From NCBI GenBank assembly GCA_964188305.1, contig OZ076892.1: 64,000 nucleotides of DNA, one strand, 5' to 3'. The DNA is from Podarcis bocagei. Lineage: Eukaryota. The position numbers and the translations under genes are program-made. Below the pieces are notes generated by a model. That model was not told the DNA's origin, made no database searches, and saw only the letters and a list, made by a program, of their open reading frames with translations. Position 1 is the stretch's first letter. Each line of letters starts with the position of its first letter. Positions 23,870-38,453 of this stretch are shown here, in pieces.

Positions 23870-25999
23870 TACAGTATAAGGTTGGGGGAGAGAGGCGGTG
23901 AACTGACACAGGGGACAAATAAAAGGGGGCGCCTTCACCCCGGTATGGCCCGCCCTGCTGTCCTTCCTTCTCCCTTTCCTCTGTGCCTGTGAGCAGATTG
24001 TACTTCCGAGCAGCAGCAGCAGGTGAGAGCAGTTCTCTGGCCAGCCTGGGAGAAATCCAAGTTGGTCCCACACCCTGTCTCTTCTCAGGCTGTGGATTTG
24101 ATCTGGCAAGAAGCGTTGGGATCCCAGTGGGCAACCGATGAGAAAGAAGGCCGAGCTGCTGCCAGAGGCAAGTGAGCGTAATTCATTCCTGTTTGTCAGG
24201 ATTTAATGAAACTCTTTCTCTCCCCGGGGATGCGGGGCGTGCTGAGAAGCTGGGATTGGCTTTGGTATCGCCCAGCAGGAGAGGAGAGGAGCTTTCTGGG
24301 GGAGAAGAGAAGAAGAGAGCGGAAGCCCTTAGCCAGGCTTCACCCAGGCCTCCTTCGTAGGGGGTGTCCTTCCGCTTGGGGCAGTATCTCGTATGCTTTG
24401 TGAGGAATCCCCTCTGATCGTGCCATCCGGTCATGCAAGGAGCAGCAGGGGCAGGCCTTGTTAGAAAAACGTTTGGTCCCCAGGCAGGCGGAATCCATGG
24501 GCTTTTAAATTCTCATCCTTTAAATTCACCCACCACCACCCCTTGGCAACTGTCTCCAGCTGAAAAATTCAGTGGGAAAGGGAAACTGAAGTTGTCACAG
24601 TTGGCTTTACATATCCAAGGTCAGGAACGGAAATCGCGCAAGTAATTGTGAGCAGTCGTTCATGGCTGTCTGCAAATCCTACGTACATAAACGGTTACGT
24701 TACTTTCTGCACTGCATTTGACGTTTCCCTTCCATTGAAATTGCGCCACGAATTGCATCGGTTTCAGCCATAGTGTATTGTGAGACCAGTAACATAGGTT
24801 TCAGGGGAAGCCAAACTGTTGTCATTTTTATTTTATTCTATTGTTTTATATTTTTCTGAACCACTTTCCTAGAACTTTTGTTAAATAAACAAACAAATAA
24901 ATAAATAATAAACCAACCAACCATAGCAGAACAAAAACAGCGCTAAGCTAAGGGTGGAAATCGCTGCATCCTTACATCCCCACTTGCACCCAAGGCCGTT
25001 CTCTGTGGGGTGAAGGAGCTGTACTGCATATTGCGGCTAGGTCTGTTACCTGGAAATGATATTCAGTGTCCCTATCTCCTCAGCCCACTTTTCTTTTTAA
25101 AAAACCAAGTTTCTAGCTCTCAAAACTGCTGTGCAAAGTTTGCAAATATCTCCATGCCTGTCCCTGTTTTTTCCATTCTCTTCTATGAAATCTGCTACCT
25201 TCCTTTCCGTTTTTTCCACCCTGGTTCCAAGCCCAACATTAAATGGGCTCTGTGTTCTGTTACCTGACTTCCTCCTTTCTCGGGGCGGGGGGCATGTTAA
25301 TTTTGTCAATAAAGGCAGGATCACCTGTTGGGCACCACCTACTCCTTCCAATTGCTCTGTGTAATCAAGTCACACAAACAGGTGTGCGCCAGAAAGATGG
25401 AGGATAAAACGGCTCCATACAAGGGACAAAAGCCACATGTGACAGGAGAAGGGCAAGAAATGAATTGTTTCCCAGAGTTCCTAACAGATCTGACCTGGGC
25501 TGAAAATTTGTAGAGCCTAGGAAGCTGCCTTATACCTAGTCAGATTATTGGTCTGTTGAGTTCAGTACTGTCTATGGGGAATCTGTGGCCTTCCAGATGT
25601 TGTTGGACTACATCTCCATCATCCCTGACCATTGGCCATGCTGGTGGCAGCTTGTTGGTTGTTGGAATCCAGCAACATCTGGAGGGCTGCAGATTTCCCA
25701 TCCCTGGTCTGCATAAGCTGCCAAGACTCTCTGGAGTTCTAGATAGGACCCTCTCCCAGCCCTGCTTGGATGTTCCAGGTACTCAGATGGTATGGACTTT
25801 GGGTTTTTCCTTAACACGGTGGTGAATCTGATGCCAAGCATAGGGAAAATAGACTGGAAGCTCACTGGTGTGCCTCTCTCCTTGGGGAAGCATCAAATTT
25901 TTCCACTTAGCAAGAGGCTCAAAGTGACTAGTCCCTGGTGAATCGCTCTCGCTCTGGATTAAAATGGTGTATGGTCTTGCAAAATGGGTTTGCCATTGC

Positions 26000-26400
26000 C
26001 GGCTGGCTTGCAAACTGCAGCTGGACTCTTTCCTCCCCGCCAGGCAGCCAGCATGCCGCAGGCTTCCCCGGGCGCGTAGAAACCACTTTCTGGCATCCTC
26101 GAGAGGTCTCAATTATGTGCTTTAATGAAATAATCCTTGGGCTGATGCCCAGCTGGTGGTGTGTGCCACCGCCTCCTCCACCTGCCCGCTTGCCCGCTGA
26201 TGGGGATCTTCCCTTCCCACGCCTCATCGTCACTCCCCCGCCCCTCCCCTGCCACCACTGCGATTGGTTGGCGGGGAGCCCCTCCGCGGCCTGCTGCTCC
26301 CCCCCCACAAAGTCCCTTGGCTCTCGCTCCCCCTTTGCACTCAGAAATGAATTAAGCCCTTGGAATGAGGCCTTAATAGATCTCTGATATCGGTGCCAGC
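26000..26400. promoter_or_regulatory. candidate enhancer or conserved non-coding element
   Basis: Non-repetitive, CpG-retaining; CAATTAT, TTTAATGA, TGAATTAA, TTAATAG homeodomain-like cores; GATTGG. Confidence 0.35.
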
Positions 26401-26758
26401 TGCCAGGGAGGAAGGCCGGCCCACAGTCAGGAGGGATGGCAGGAGGACAGTGGCTATCTTATCTCACGGGCCGACGGTGCAAGCGGGCGCCTCTTGCCAG
26501 GCCATTTCCCCAGCCTGCTGTGTCAAAGGTGCGAGTTCTTCTGGAGGTGTGGGGCGTTGGGGTATCCTGTTGCCCAGTTTAGGGAGAAGGTGCAGCCATC
26601 TCTGGGGGGTGGTGCCACTGTTTCTGTAGAAAGGGGTAGGGAAGCTGTGTCCCTCTCTGCCTTGTTATGGGGACTCCAGCTGCCCATAATTCCTGATTGT
26701 TGGAAGGTTCCCTCTCCCTGCTTTCAGGACAAATTGGTCCTGGTTTAGCTATCTTGAG

Positions 26759-27007
26759 CAGGGGTCGGCAAACTTTTTCAGCAGGGGGCCAGTCCACTGT
26801 CCCTCAGACCTTGTGGGGGGGCCGGACTATATTTTGGGAAAAAAACGAACGAATTCCTATGCCCCACAAATAACCCAGAGATGCATTTTAAATAAAAGCA
26901 CACATTCTACTCATGTAAAAACACGCTGATTCCGGACCGTCTGCGGGCTGGATTTAGAAGGCGATTGGGCTGGATCCGGCCCCTGGGCCTTAGTTTGCCT
27001 ACCCATG
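26759..27007. mobile_element. hAT (Charlie-like) non-autonomous element
   Basis: TIR CAGGGGTCGGCAAAC...GTTTGCCTACCCATG; 8-bp TSD ATCTTGAG/ATTTTGAG. Confidence 0.85.
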
Positions 27008-30000
27008 ATTTTGAGTGTGTGGCTTCTCAGTGGAAAAGGGTGAAGGGAGAGCAACCTGGCGATTCCAACATCAATCCATAGTGTGATGGGTGTATCACTC
27101 CACCCAGAGTTGCTAGTTTTCTCCCATTGAGAGATGCTGGGCCTTTTAAACAGCTGGGATTACTCACTGAATTCCTTCCCCTCTTGAACTGGTTAAACGG
27201 TCAGGAAGCAAGATTGCCTCTTTCTGACTTGCCTCTCTTCCTGACTTGAGGTGGATGGAGTGATGGGGAGAGGGATGGCATTTTTAAGTGTTCCCAGGGG
27301 CAGGCAGAGCTTTTTTTTAGAAATAGGAAACATGGTGGGTGGGATGGATTTTGGCGGTGGGCCTGCTGAGCGTCTCCCATGGGGAGCCGTCCTCCCCACA
27401 CAAACCTTTCAAGTGACCCTCAGTGGAGTTGGGAGAATGGGGCTGCCGAATGCAGGGAACGAAGGGGGCTTTGGCTGGTGCAAGGGGTGCTGGTTTTGTG
27501 GGTGCACAATGGGCCATTCTCCACTCCCTGGCTGGGATAAGGGGCCCCCTGTGCAGTGACTGGAGGCGCACAGAGACGCCTCTCAGCCCTTTGTTCACGG
27601 CCTCCCGGCCTGTTTGTTTTCCCCTTCTCCCTCTACCAGGATCGGCTGCCTCTCTGCAACCAGATGAGCTAGGAGCTGTCATCTCCTCTTGGCACTGGGC
27701 GAGTGGGGAGGGGCTCCCGAGGCAGCCCAGCCACTAGCGGGGGAAAGTGTTGCCTTCAAGGGGATTGTGAGATGCATTAACAAAGAATGAGCTTCGCAAA
27801 ATGGTTGTTTGCAATGGCAGTTAAAAAAACACCAAAAACCTCCATCTTCAGAGGCAGTATATCTGATTTGCAGGAAACAAAGAGCAACAGGGAGGGCTGC
27901 TGCCTTTATCCCATGCTTGCAGGCTTTCTTGGGACATCTGCAGAAGCAGGAAGCTGGGCCAGATGAATTCTTGTGAGGCACAGGCAGGGGAGAGGGGGAG
28001 TGAGTCACTCAACTTTACCTGCCTTTCCTCCCAAATTCTGGGAAAGTACTCAAGAGTCCAAATTCACAGATAACCACTTGTTGCAGTCCCTACACCCCCT
28101 CCATTGGCCCTGGAATGCCTTGCAAAACCCAATTTGCACAACACAGACCACAGTTTACCATGAGTTCACAGGTAGCTCTCCCCTAGCGGGAGCCAGCAAA
28201 CAATAATCTCAGCTTAGCTTTGCCCACAAACCAGAGCTCATGGTTTGTTTAGTTCCAACAACTCTTGGGAAAGGTAAACCAAGAGCAAACCTTGACTTCA
28301 CACCATGCTTTGTTCAGAGTGCAAACAGCGACACCAAGTCCCCAGTTCAGACATAATGCTAAAGCAAGGATCATGGTTTGTTGCTCCTGCTCACAGCAAG
28401 GGAAGAGTGAAGTAGGAGCCATCTTTGCATTCATAGCAAACCATTGTTTACTATGCCCAGTCAGCGTAAACCCAATACTAGTTTTGTTAAGCATGAGCTA
28501 GTAAGGAACAGTTGGGTTAAAATCGGCACAGTGAAATGAAGTATTGTTTTCTGTGCCAGGCTTTACCAACCATTCTAGGCCCATGAGCACACTTGGATTT
28601 CTGAGCAGAGGTCGAGGGCAAATGTTCTAAGGGGCAATTCATCCCTCTCTGTGTATGCACATACCTGAGGTTCAGCTCAGTGTACGCAGCAGCAGAGTGC
28701 ATGGCAAAACAATTTCCCCGGTTCCCACTTGCCCCAAATTCCCGTCCAGCGTGCAGTAAACCCTCCCCCCCCCACACCATGTGCTTGAATGGTAAATTTT
28801 AACGAGTGGTGAAGCAATCCAACAACAGCTCCACCTCCGAATCATGCTTTCAAGGTCCTTTTGACCTTCGTGTTGCCAAGTGCCGTGTTTTCAGGTGTCT
28901 CTTCAGCACCAAGCTCTTGAAAGAAACTGCCTGGGTTACCACACCTGCGTCTCTACGACCACAACGGCTAGCGATCCAGCCGTTGCTTTCAAGCTGCGCA
29001 CCGGGGCATTCTGAGGGAGCAGGCCTGTTCTGGGTTAGTTGTTGCAGCATATTGCTGCAACAGACTTAACATGGCTGCCCATCTGGAAGCATAGTCTGTG
29101 TTAGACGGCATATCCTGTCATTATGATATCTGTGATTCTTCCCCCCCCCCCTCGCGTCTGTGCCAATGCTGGGGGTAAATCACTGACGCTGTGGTGCACA
29201 TGCTCGGCAGTGCTGGCTCTTTCCAAGTACCCCAGCTTGGCCTTGATAAGAAGCGTTGCTTTGCTAGGGCTTTTAAAATCCCATCCCCATGCTTCTCCAA
29301 GGCGACCACATCTTCCTCTCCACACCAGAATTGTTTCAGGTGTGTGTGTGTGTGGGGGGGGAACGACACACGCACAACCCCGGTGTCTTATTCATCAACA
29401 CCCTATGTTTACCTGGAGTTCCAACGAATAAATAACCTCTTTTTAGCAAAGGAGGCTGTAAAATGCTGATAATTCCAGATGGAGCGAGCAACATTGTTAA
29501 AATATAGGAGGCACTTAAATTTCACAGAGGGGAATATAAAAAAGTCTCCTGTTTCCCCATTATAGGATTGCAGAGAAAGTCAGAGCGGAAGAGACGCTGG
29601 CTCCCTCTGGAAGCCTTGGTTCCTCTGCCAAGTGCTGGGGGCTGGAGTTCTGGAGTGGCAGGGAGAGGTGGTCTGGCTTGAGGCAGGCGAAAAATCTCAG
29701 TCTTGAGGTTTAGTGAAATGGTGGGGGGTGGGAAGCAGCAAGATTCCTGGAACCTGTGCGCTTCTTCAGCTGTGCCTTTTCTGAGCCACCCTTGGAGACG
29801 GAGTCAGGCAGTGGGGTTTGGGGTGCAATCGAGATTGGCAGACAGCCGCATCTGATCAATGGATGTACCCAGAAGTTATCTGAAGCAAGCCCCATCGATG
29901 TGAACCTGAACTGTCTAGGTGTTCCTTGTGCAGGAAGACTTCCCGGTTGCTTGTTCTTTGCTTAGTGAGGTGGGGTACCAATGTAGTTATTTTAAAATGG

Positions 30001-33000
30001 TGGCAGAGCCCATCCTCACTTAGCTTTTGCCCCACGCTTTCTAGGCACACGCCTGCACTTTCCCAGTCCAACGTCTGAGCATTTCAGGTCTTCTGTGGAT
30101 TGCCAAGAGCATTAAAGAGCAAGCAATGGGGGCGGGGAAGTACTTGGAGACAGACCGGGAAAGCACAGATCTGTGTCTAAAAAGCATGGAGGAAAATCTG
30201 TGTGGATTAGCCCTTAAGGTGCTTGTGGCATAGGGATTCTCTCACTTGTGCCAGCCTATATGCATGCTAGGAGGCCTTGCTTCTGTGGCACAGTGTTTAC
30301 TTGTCTGCAGCATTCATACCCACTCCTTTAGCCAAAAAGGCACTCCAAAGGGGTTTGCAAATGTCAATACTGCGGAACCCACTGCCTGCAGGCTCACAAT
30401 CTAGAAAAGGACGTGGCAACCAAGGAAAAAAGAATGGGAGGGAGGAGGAAAAAGCAAGCCGGAGCACAACGTCATAAAGTTACCACCAGAGTTGGTGGCA
30501 GTTCCGACTGCGTTACCTTCCTGGGAAGTCCTCTTTCCCTCCAGATCAGACCCAGGAGCAGAGAAGGTGACCCTGCCAGTGCAGGGCAGGAGCGCAGGGC
30601 AGTTCTCGCCAGACAGTTAAATGCTTGAAACCAGCCCTAATAGCTGTATGGTCTCAGCAAGGTAAGGGGTGCATGTGCACAAGGGGTCAGGACTGCTTCT
30701 CTTTCTGTTCCAGATCTGTTGGAGAGAATGAAGTTTTGAAAGCAAGCTGGCCATCAGACGTTTGAGGTCCTGGCTGGGGAAAGCTCCTTTTGGGAAGCCA
30801 AGCGCTCAGCGGCCTAAATGCAACCTTACAAGTGGCTTCGTTCCATGTGACCTTTATCTTGCATTCCTGTGACCCATTTTTTAAGCTGACATATGGGCTG
30901 GGGAAAGTGGTTTATAGGCTTGACGTATGCAGAATGCCGGGAGCCAGGATGCCTGGGTTCTTTCTCATTTAGTGGAACCAGTGGGCGCTCTGGACCAAAT
31001 CAGGCCCTGTCCGCTCTGCCCTTTTGGCATCTCTGCCTTGGATGCCATTGCCTCCCCATTGCCAATTTATTCCTCTATTTCTGAAGGGGAACGTTGTGGG
31101 GAAGGAGAAAGCAGCCTTTGTTCGGAGGGGCCAGGTTACTTAATGTTTTATGGGCACATTTGTTGCATGCCCATTTTTAAAGATAAGATAAAACAACATT
31201 CCGTATGCAGGCAATCCCAAACAGCGCGGCAATAAATTTTTGCATGCTTGGCTAGGCAGGGGGAGAGGCCAGGAGGTGCACAGGGTACCAGGCCATGGCT
31301 TCAACCCTTGGAAATAATTTGAAGCCCCCACCCCCCAAAAAGCACCTGACATTTCAGCGGACCATTGCCCTATCTTGCTTTCAAGCATGTATTCGCAGGG
31401 CTAGAAGCTTTTGCTTTGAAAATGATTAACTGTGATCCCCAGCAAGCTGAATTATGCCACCGGGAGCACGTTCTGCACTCCTTTTCCCCAGCCCCCCCTT
31501 GCCCCGAGATTCTGCAGAATCGCAGTATAGAAGCGGCCCTCTTTGTAGGTCAGAACTGGCATAAGCAGGGAGCTGGCAATGACTGTTGTAGCTGGAGGCT
31601 TTAGAGGGCCAGATCCGGGATACGTGGGAGGGTGGAAATGGAGGGGCATCAGAGAGATGGAGCAATCCATTGGGACAGGAGAGAGGGTAAGGCCCATGGA
31701 ACTGATGGCAGAGTTCCATCTTTGGAACAGGCCTTGGGGGGGCAGGTAGCTGCACCCTTCCTTGGAGAAGTGGGGTCCTCCGGCGAATCGTGTCCCCCCT
31801 CCTGGGCATATTTCATCTCCTCCACCTCCAGTGCTTCACCAGCAAGAATCCCCAGCTCCCCACACTGCAAAGCATTGCCCGTCTCAGCTGCAGCCGGAGA
31901 TAAGGGGGTGAATTAATCCAAGCTGTGTGAGAGGATGCAGCACTGTGATCTGGTAACTGCTTCCCTCGGGATACTCCAGCAGGTTAATCCCTTATCGCAG
32001 CCTCTGCAGGTTGGATCTTCCCACTGGCTGCTAATGATACCTGGGGACGGGCTCTCCTTTGGCACTAAATGGCTTGTGGAACGTCTTCGGGGGGAAAGGC
32101 GCTTGGACAGCACGTCCACCCACACCCCGGTATGCCCCACGGCTGGAGAGAGCAGGGGCTGCTTGTTGGGGGAAGCACCTGAGCTCTGGCTTTGCAAGAG
32201 GGAATTGCAGGTTGGGATTGAGAGAGGTGTGCCTGCCTTTTGTTTGGCAAATGCTGTGCTCCTAGGTAAAAAGTGGGAGTCAGGGGAGCTGTTTGGATTG
32301 GGGGAATATTAGCAGGGTTCGTTCAGATTCCTGTCCCTGAGGTTTCCCTCCTCTGAGGGGAAAGAACATGAGGAAATAAGAAAGCGAGATATATATTAGT
32401 AATAATAAATAGGGCAAGAACAGAAAGGAAGGGGATAAGAGAGGAAAGCTGTTGTGGGAGGGGAAAAGTGAATGTGAAAGGACCAGGGATGAAAGAAACC
32501 GTGGTTTGTTGCTGTGGGGTAGGCCGGCGGATGATGAGCGTGAAAGGAGAATGGGAGAAGAAATTACAGGAGATGCGTTTAAAAATACTTTGGAAACGCT
32601 TGTGGGGATGGGAAGGGGAAAATATTAAGCCTTCTCTGCTTAAAGTTTCTGGATCCGCTAATGCTGCCTAAAATGTGGGAGGCCAAATCATAGTACCTTC
32701 GGAGTGAATGCCTGTACTTAGCCTGAGGGAACTTCTTACCTCAAGGAAAATGCTGTGTTGAAGAACTTCACGATTTCCAAATATGGGATAGATATCAGTA
32801 GAAAATGATATCAGTAATTGCAATCTTATTACACCACACTCTGCATCCATCGGCCACCATTTTGTTCCAGCACCACCATTTTGTGTCCAGTGGGTCTCAG
32901 TAATTTATGGCCACTTCAAGTGAGCCCTGGAGGTCAAAGGTTCGTGAACCTATGTCCTAGCATATGTCTGTCTTCCCAAGCCACACATTTTGTACTTGGC

Positions 33001-33084
33001 TCTGGTTGGTGGTTCCAATAAGAAAGAAAATCGAATTCCCCCAAACTTCAAGTCTTCCCTCATCCTGGTGTGGAGGGCCCATTA

Positions 33085-33449
33085 AAGGTAAAGGTAAAGG
33101 TACCCCTGCCCGAACGGGCCAGTCTTGACAGACTCTGGGGTTTGTGCGCCCATCTCACATCTATTGGCCGGGGGCCAGCGCTGTCCGGAGACACTTCCGG
33201 GTCACGTGGCCAGCGTGACAAAGCTGCATCTGGCGAGCCAGCGCAGCACACGGAACGCCGTTTACCTTCCCGCTGGTAAGCGGTACCTATTTATCTACTT
33301 GCACCCGGGGGTGCTTTCGAACTGCTAGGTTGGCAGGCGCTGGGACCGAGCAGCGGGAGCGCACCCCGCCGCGGGGATTCGAACCGCCGACCTTTCGATC
33401 GGCAAGCCCTAGGCGCTGAGGCTTTAGCCCACAGCGCCACCCGCGTCCC
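33085..33449 (-). mobile_element. Sauria SINE, full length, distinct young subfamily
   Basis: Perfect 14-bp TSD TGGAGGGCCCATTA (33071-33084, 33450-33463); CpGs intact. Confidence 0.95.
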
Positions 33450-34890
33450 TGGAGGGCCCATTACCTTCCCACAAATAAGTGCATAGACCTTGTGAAGCAG
33501 TCTAAATACCACATGTGAAGCAACCACTGGGAGCGGCCATCAACTTCATGCTTGGCTTGTGAGTTTCCTCAGAGACATCTGGCTGGCCACTGTTGGAAGC
33601 AGAATGCTGGGCTAGGGGGAACCATGGTCTGATCCAGCAAAGCTGTTCTTGCATTTAGCTTTGTGTATTCCTGGCCCCGTAACAGATGGCCACGTAGCAT
33701 GCTGCCAAATCTGCCTTCTCTCTCTCTCCATCTCTTGACATCAGGCGTTTCCATCCTTTTCCATGGTAGAAGAATCCGTCTTGTTGCCAGGACTTAATTT
33801 CCAAAAGGAAAAATGCCAGGCAATGCTAGTCCCAGGGCAGAGGTGTTGTCTGTCTACTTCAATCTACCATCGTGGCGTAGTGGCCAAGGAGGGGTGAGGC
33901 AGGGTGGAAATCACTCTGCGTAGGCCCTGACTATCCACATGGACAAAGGTCCACCACACAGGCAGAATTGCTTCTTTTTGCTGAATATGAAGTCTCTTTG
34001 CATGTTTAGAACATGGTCAACCTTTCCATCAGGCTGCAGAGCAGAGCGGATTCTTCCCCCAAAGGATCCTGGGAACGTAGTTTACCCCTCACAGAACCAT
34101 TTCCAGCACTCTTAATAAATTATAGGTCTCAGAATTCTTTGGAGGAAAGTCATGCACTTTCAATGTATGGTGTATCTGCAACCTGGGATAGATTTATCTC
34201 TAGGGGTTGCCCGCAATGTTAAGTTCTACTCAAGAGTAGATTCACTGAAATGAATAGACATGACTAAGCCAACAACCACATCATACATGTAAAGCAATGT
34301 TACACCACTTTAAACAGCCACAGCTTCCCCCAAAGAATTCTGGGAGCTGAGGTTTGTGAAAGGGGCTGAGAGTTGTTAGGAGAACCCTATTCCTGTCATG
34401 GAGCTACAGTTCTCAATCCCTCTTCATAGGGAACTCTGAAAACGGTAGCTCTGTGAGGAAAACAGAGGCCACCTTACAACTCTCAGCCCTCTTGATAGAC
34501 TACAGCTCCCAGAATTCTGTGGGCGAAGCTGTGGCTGTCATGGTAGTGCTTTATATGTATGATGTGAATGTGGCCTAAACTAGGTCCATTCATTCCAATG
34601 GGTCTACTCTGAGTAGGACTTAGTTGGAAACTGTTATCTGTCTGTACTCCTCTGGGAGCACAGAGCAGCTGTTTCTACAGAGATTCACTGACTGGGAAGG
34701 GGAGTTTGTGGGAATGTATGAAAATCAGAGCAGCGGGGAGTAGGGATTGCCAGCTGCAAGAGAGAAACAAAGGCCTTGATTACTGTATGGAAGCCAGTGA
34801 AAAGAACCAGATATTGTCGCACCCCAACTTCCATCAGCTCCAGCCAGCATGGTCAGTGGCCAGGGACAGTGGGAGTTGTAGTTTAGCATG

Positions 34891-34950
34891 GCAGAGGCTT
34901 AGACTAGATGCCCCTTGGGGTCCCTTCCAGTTCTACAATTCTATGATCCT
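34891..34950 (+). mobile_element. isolated CR1 3' terminus
   Basis: GACTAGATGCCCCTTGGGGTCCCTTCCAGTTCTACAATTCTATGAT. Confidence 0.75.
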
Positions 34951-37599
34951 GTGAACATGTTAGAGGGCCCACGGGCTCCACCCTGTCCCTCTGTTTCTGG
35001 TGTGTCTCATTCACTCAGCCAAAGAGAGAGAAACTTCCACGCTTGCCCAGATCGAGAAGTGTGAGTCAGCAGCCGAACAAAGAGCCCCCTATCTGCGCCT
35101 GTGGGCAGCTTTTGACGCTTCTCGGCTCCCCGGCTCGTGGCCTGCAAAGAATGCCAGGTCACGCTCCCTTTCCCGGAGGGCACCACTGAGTCAATGGCAT
35201 CCGCGTCCCACCGTCCTTCAAGAGTTCCATTCTTCACCTCTCCGCTCAGAAAATCTGACCCCTAGAAATTCTGGCGCTGCGAGCCTCCTCCCAGCCCTGC
35301 CAAACTGGAATGTTTGCAGTACAGTAAATTTCTCCCTCCTCGCCCCCTTCCCCAATTCAGAGAGAGCTGTGTGGGCAGTGCATAGCCCAGGCACTGAGCT
35401 CCAACCATCCCATTCCAGTAGCGCTCAGCCTGTAAGGAGTCAGTGGCAGGATGGGTGCAGCAGGAAGGATCTGGTCCGTGCATGGTATATCCCAGCCTAA
35501 ACTACTACTACTGTCGTGTTTTCCTTGAATTTGAAGGATGGTGTTGCCCAGGGAAAGTGTGGAGAAGGGAAGGGGGGATTCTTTGAGAAGTTATGGCAGC
35601 TGTCATTCTGCCAGACGGCGGTTGATGATTGGCCGGGATCCGGGAACTGCTGCATTACAGGGTGGGCGGAAATGTCTAACAACATGTAAATGACATTGTC
35701 ACCTTATTAATCGAATACTTAGAGGGACTGGCAGGCAGGCTTGGCTGGGATCAGAGCAGAGAGAGATGGCGAGTGATTGAGGCCTGTCGAAAGTGGCCGG
35801 CACAGCAATACATTCTTCTCCATAGCACGCGATTGCCTGGTGGTTCAGCGCTAGAGTTCTTTCCTACATATAGCGGTGCCAGGGTATGGGTTCAGGCTCT
35901 GCACAGGAACTCCTCATTGCCGATACATCGTATATTGTTTCCCCTAAGAAATATTGCGTCCCATGGAAGGTGAACCTCCATGAGCTATGCTGCTACTGCT
36001 TCATAGCTGACTCACTGATGGAGCGCAAGAAGTTGTACCATTGGTCCATCCATCTCAGCATTGTCTGCACTGATTGGCAGATCAGACCCACTGAAAGTAG
36101 TGGCCATTAACTTAGATTTAGCTGTGCAAAAAGCTAGTTGAGTGCAACCTGGTATGGCTGTGTACACACCAAATTTTTGAAGCACAAGACTTCTTCCCCC
36201 CAAATAATCCTTGTTTACCCCTCTCAGATTTCCAGCACACTTAACAAACTAAAATTCTGGGGACTCTTTTGGGGAAGACTCTATGGCATGGGAGTGCCCT
36301 GTGGGTGCTTTCAGACTGTGCTATTTTTTCAGATGGAATCAGTCATATACTAGCAAATTCAGATTGTTGAAGCTCTTGTGCAATAAGCCTCCTTCCCCCA
36401 AAGACCAGACTTCTATGCGATAAGGAAAGTGACAGGAAAACGCAGTGGGAAGTGTGAGATGATGCTTGCCCACAAATCTGAATCTGAGGAATCCTCATTA
36501 ACCAGCATCACCCTAGATGGACCTTTGGTGTGCTTTCAGACAGGGGCTTAATTTGCAAATAGATTTGCTGAGATACTACAAGCAGGTCATTGGCAACATG
36601 GTGTTTGTTTGTTTTTTAAACTTATCAGATCTCTCTGTAAAAGAGTATGGCGCTTAATGCCAGTGATGTTGGGTACATGCTGCAGAAAAGCTTGTGTGAA
36701 TGAGCAACACCCATTTCACAATAAACCTCTGTCTGGAAGTAGCTTTGATATGGCCCAGGAAAGCCTTTTTTTTTTAATGTTGCAAGACTACAGATTAAGA
36801 TAGAATTGGTACGATCTAAATTAACCTCCGGGGTGGACGGTGTCAAATCATTTGAGATTTGTTCGTGTGTTGCCCTGAATGCTGTAGCCCGGTCGGCAAC
36901 CAGCCAACCACAAAGTGGAAGCATCACTAGGCTTGGGGGCAAGCCTGAAGTTTGCAAAAGTGCAAAATGTTTTAGGAAAAAGGCCTGAGCTGGAAGGCAA
37001 CTGCCCAGCAGCTCAATGCGTCTGCTCAGTGGCCACGGAATGCTGACAAATTGATTGGGGGGAAATTGGACTCCCAACTCGCATCACCCCAAATGTTTTC
37101 CCATGCCAGCTGAGCTGGATGGGAGTTGGACTCTGACAACATCTGGATCGCTGCCAGTTTCCCATCCCTGGACTGGATGATCTTTACGTGCTTTGTGTCT
37201 TCTACCATTCTTGGGGTCCAGGTCTCAATTCCACGATCACTTCCATCCTGCCTGTTCCATATTCACAACTGTGACTGTTTACGCATCATGAGCCACACTT
37301 GTGCATCCAAAGTGGGGCACAGGGGAGGAAGGGCGCCTCCCTTTTGCCACTCCACCTCTGCTGTACACGGCAAGGTTGACCAAAGAGTGTTAAGTGGGCA
37401 ACTGATCTGCATCAAGTGGCCTTGGCCGGCCGAAGACTTTCCTTGTCATTTCGTAGCATTGTTAGCTGCTGCACATCAAGCGCCCTGTTGGGAACATCTG
37501 GGCAAGAAGCAGGATGCCAAACGTTCCGCTTCCTATACCTGCGCACACATCCTGCATCCCTTTCCCGGGATCTATGCTTGCTTCGCCTCCTGCACTTGC

Positions 37600-37950
37600 T
37601 CCCCCCACCCACCCCCACGAAAGCTGTTACCTTGACAGCTGAGCCAACACAAAGCCGCCGCTCAGCCGCCTTCCGTAATCGGCCCCCATTATCTCGGCAG
37701 GGCCCTCTGCTCTCTGCGCCAGACTCGGAGTGGCCTGGAGGGGGATGCAGGCTCACGCTAGGCAGCCAGCAGACCCTGCCTGCCCAGAAGGAACGTACTC
37801 CCTCCCCGCTGTTCTTCTCCCTTTCTTCCTCCTCCTCCCTCCCTCCGCCCCGTTCCCCATAACCATTACTTTGATAACCGCAAGAGACGTTAGCTTTGCT
37901 TTTTAATTAAGGCAAGAGGCGCTGACAGGCAGGGTGCCATTTCTGGGAGG
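37600..37950. promoter_or_regulatory. candidate enhancer or CpG-retaining regulatory element
   Basis: GC-rich unique block, CCGCCCC, CGTAATC, TTGACAG/CTGACAGG (MEIS-like), TTAATTAA. Confidence 0.35.
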
Positions 37951-38240
37951 TGGGGAGCAGGGTGATGTTTTAGCAATTTCAGGGACTTGCAGAGGTGAAA
38001 GGAGGCAAAGAGGTCGTCTGTTCCACCTTTTCTTTCTTTTCTTTAGTAAGGCAGGACTATGGCAGGACTATTCTTCCTTTAACCTCTTAAAGATCACTTC
38101 CTGCAATCTCAATCAGGGGAAGGTTGTGGGATCTACCGGTACTTTTTTTTTAATGTCTGAAATGATTAACCAGAGTCAGGCGCAAAATAATGGTGGGGAG
38201 GGGGAATCTACTCCTTCAAAATAAGGAACCAGGTCCCTCT

Positions 38241-38453
38241 GAGAGCCTGTGTGGTTACAGTGTTGGACCTGGACCTGGGATATGAGGGTTTGAATCCCCA
38301 CTTGGCCATGAAGCTCACTGGGTGACCTTGGGCCCATCTCTCCCTCCTCCTCTCTCTTTCGCTTTCTCTCTCTAATCTACTTCACAGGGTTTTCGTGGGG
38401 ATTAAATGAGGAGGCACTACCTTGAGCTCCTTGGAGAACAGATAGAATATAAA
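38241..38453 (+). mobile_element. older tRNA-derived CORE-like SINE
   Basis: GTGGTTACAGTGTTGGAC...GGTTTGAATCCCCAC...CACTGGGTGACCTTGGGCC...CACAGGGTT. Confidence 0.75.

Noticed and set aside
29557-29566. CArG box CCATTATAGG (another at about 13448)
   Set aside because: Isolated 10-mers are expected by chance in 64 kb and have no supporting context
34200-34630. Long hairpin resembling a structured RNA or miRNA precursor
   Set aside because: Nested palindromic MITE-like repeats (ACTACAGCTCCCAG and CTACTCTGAGTAG families) that recur throughout the window
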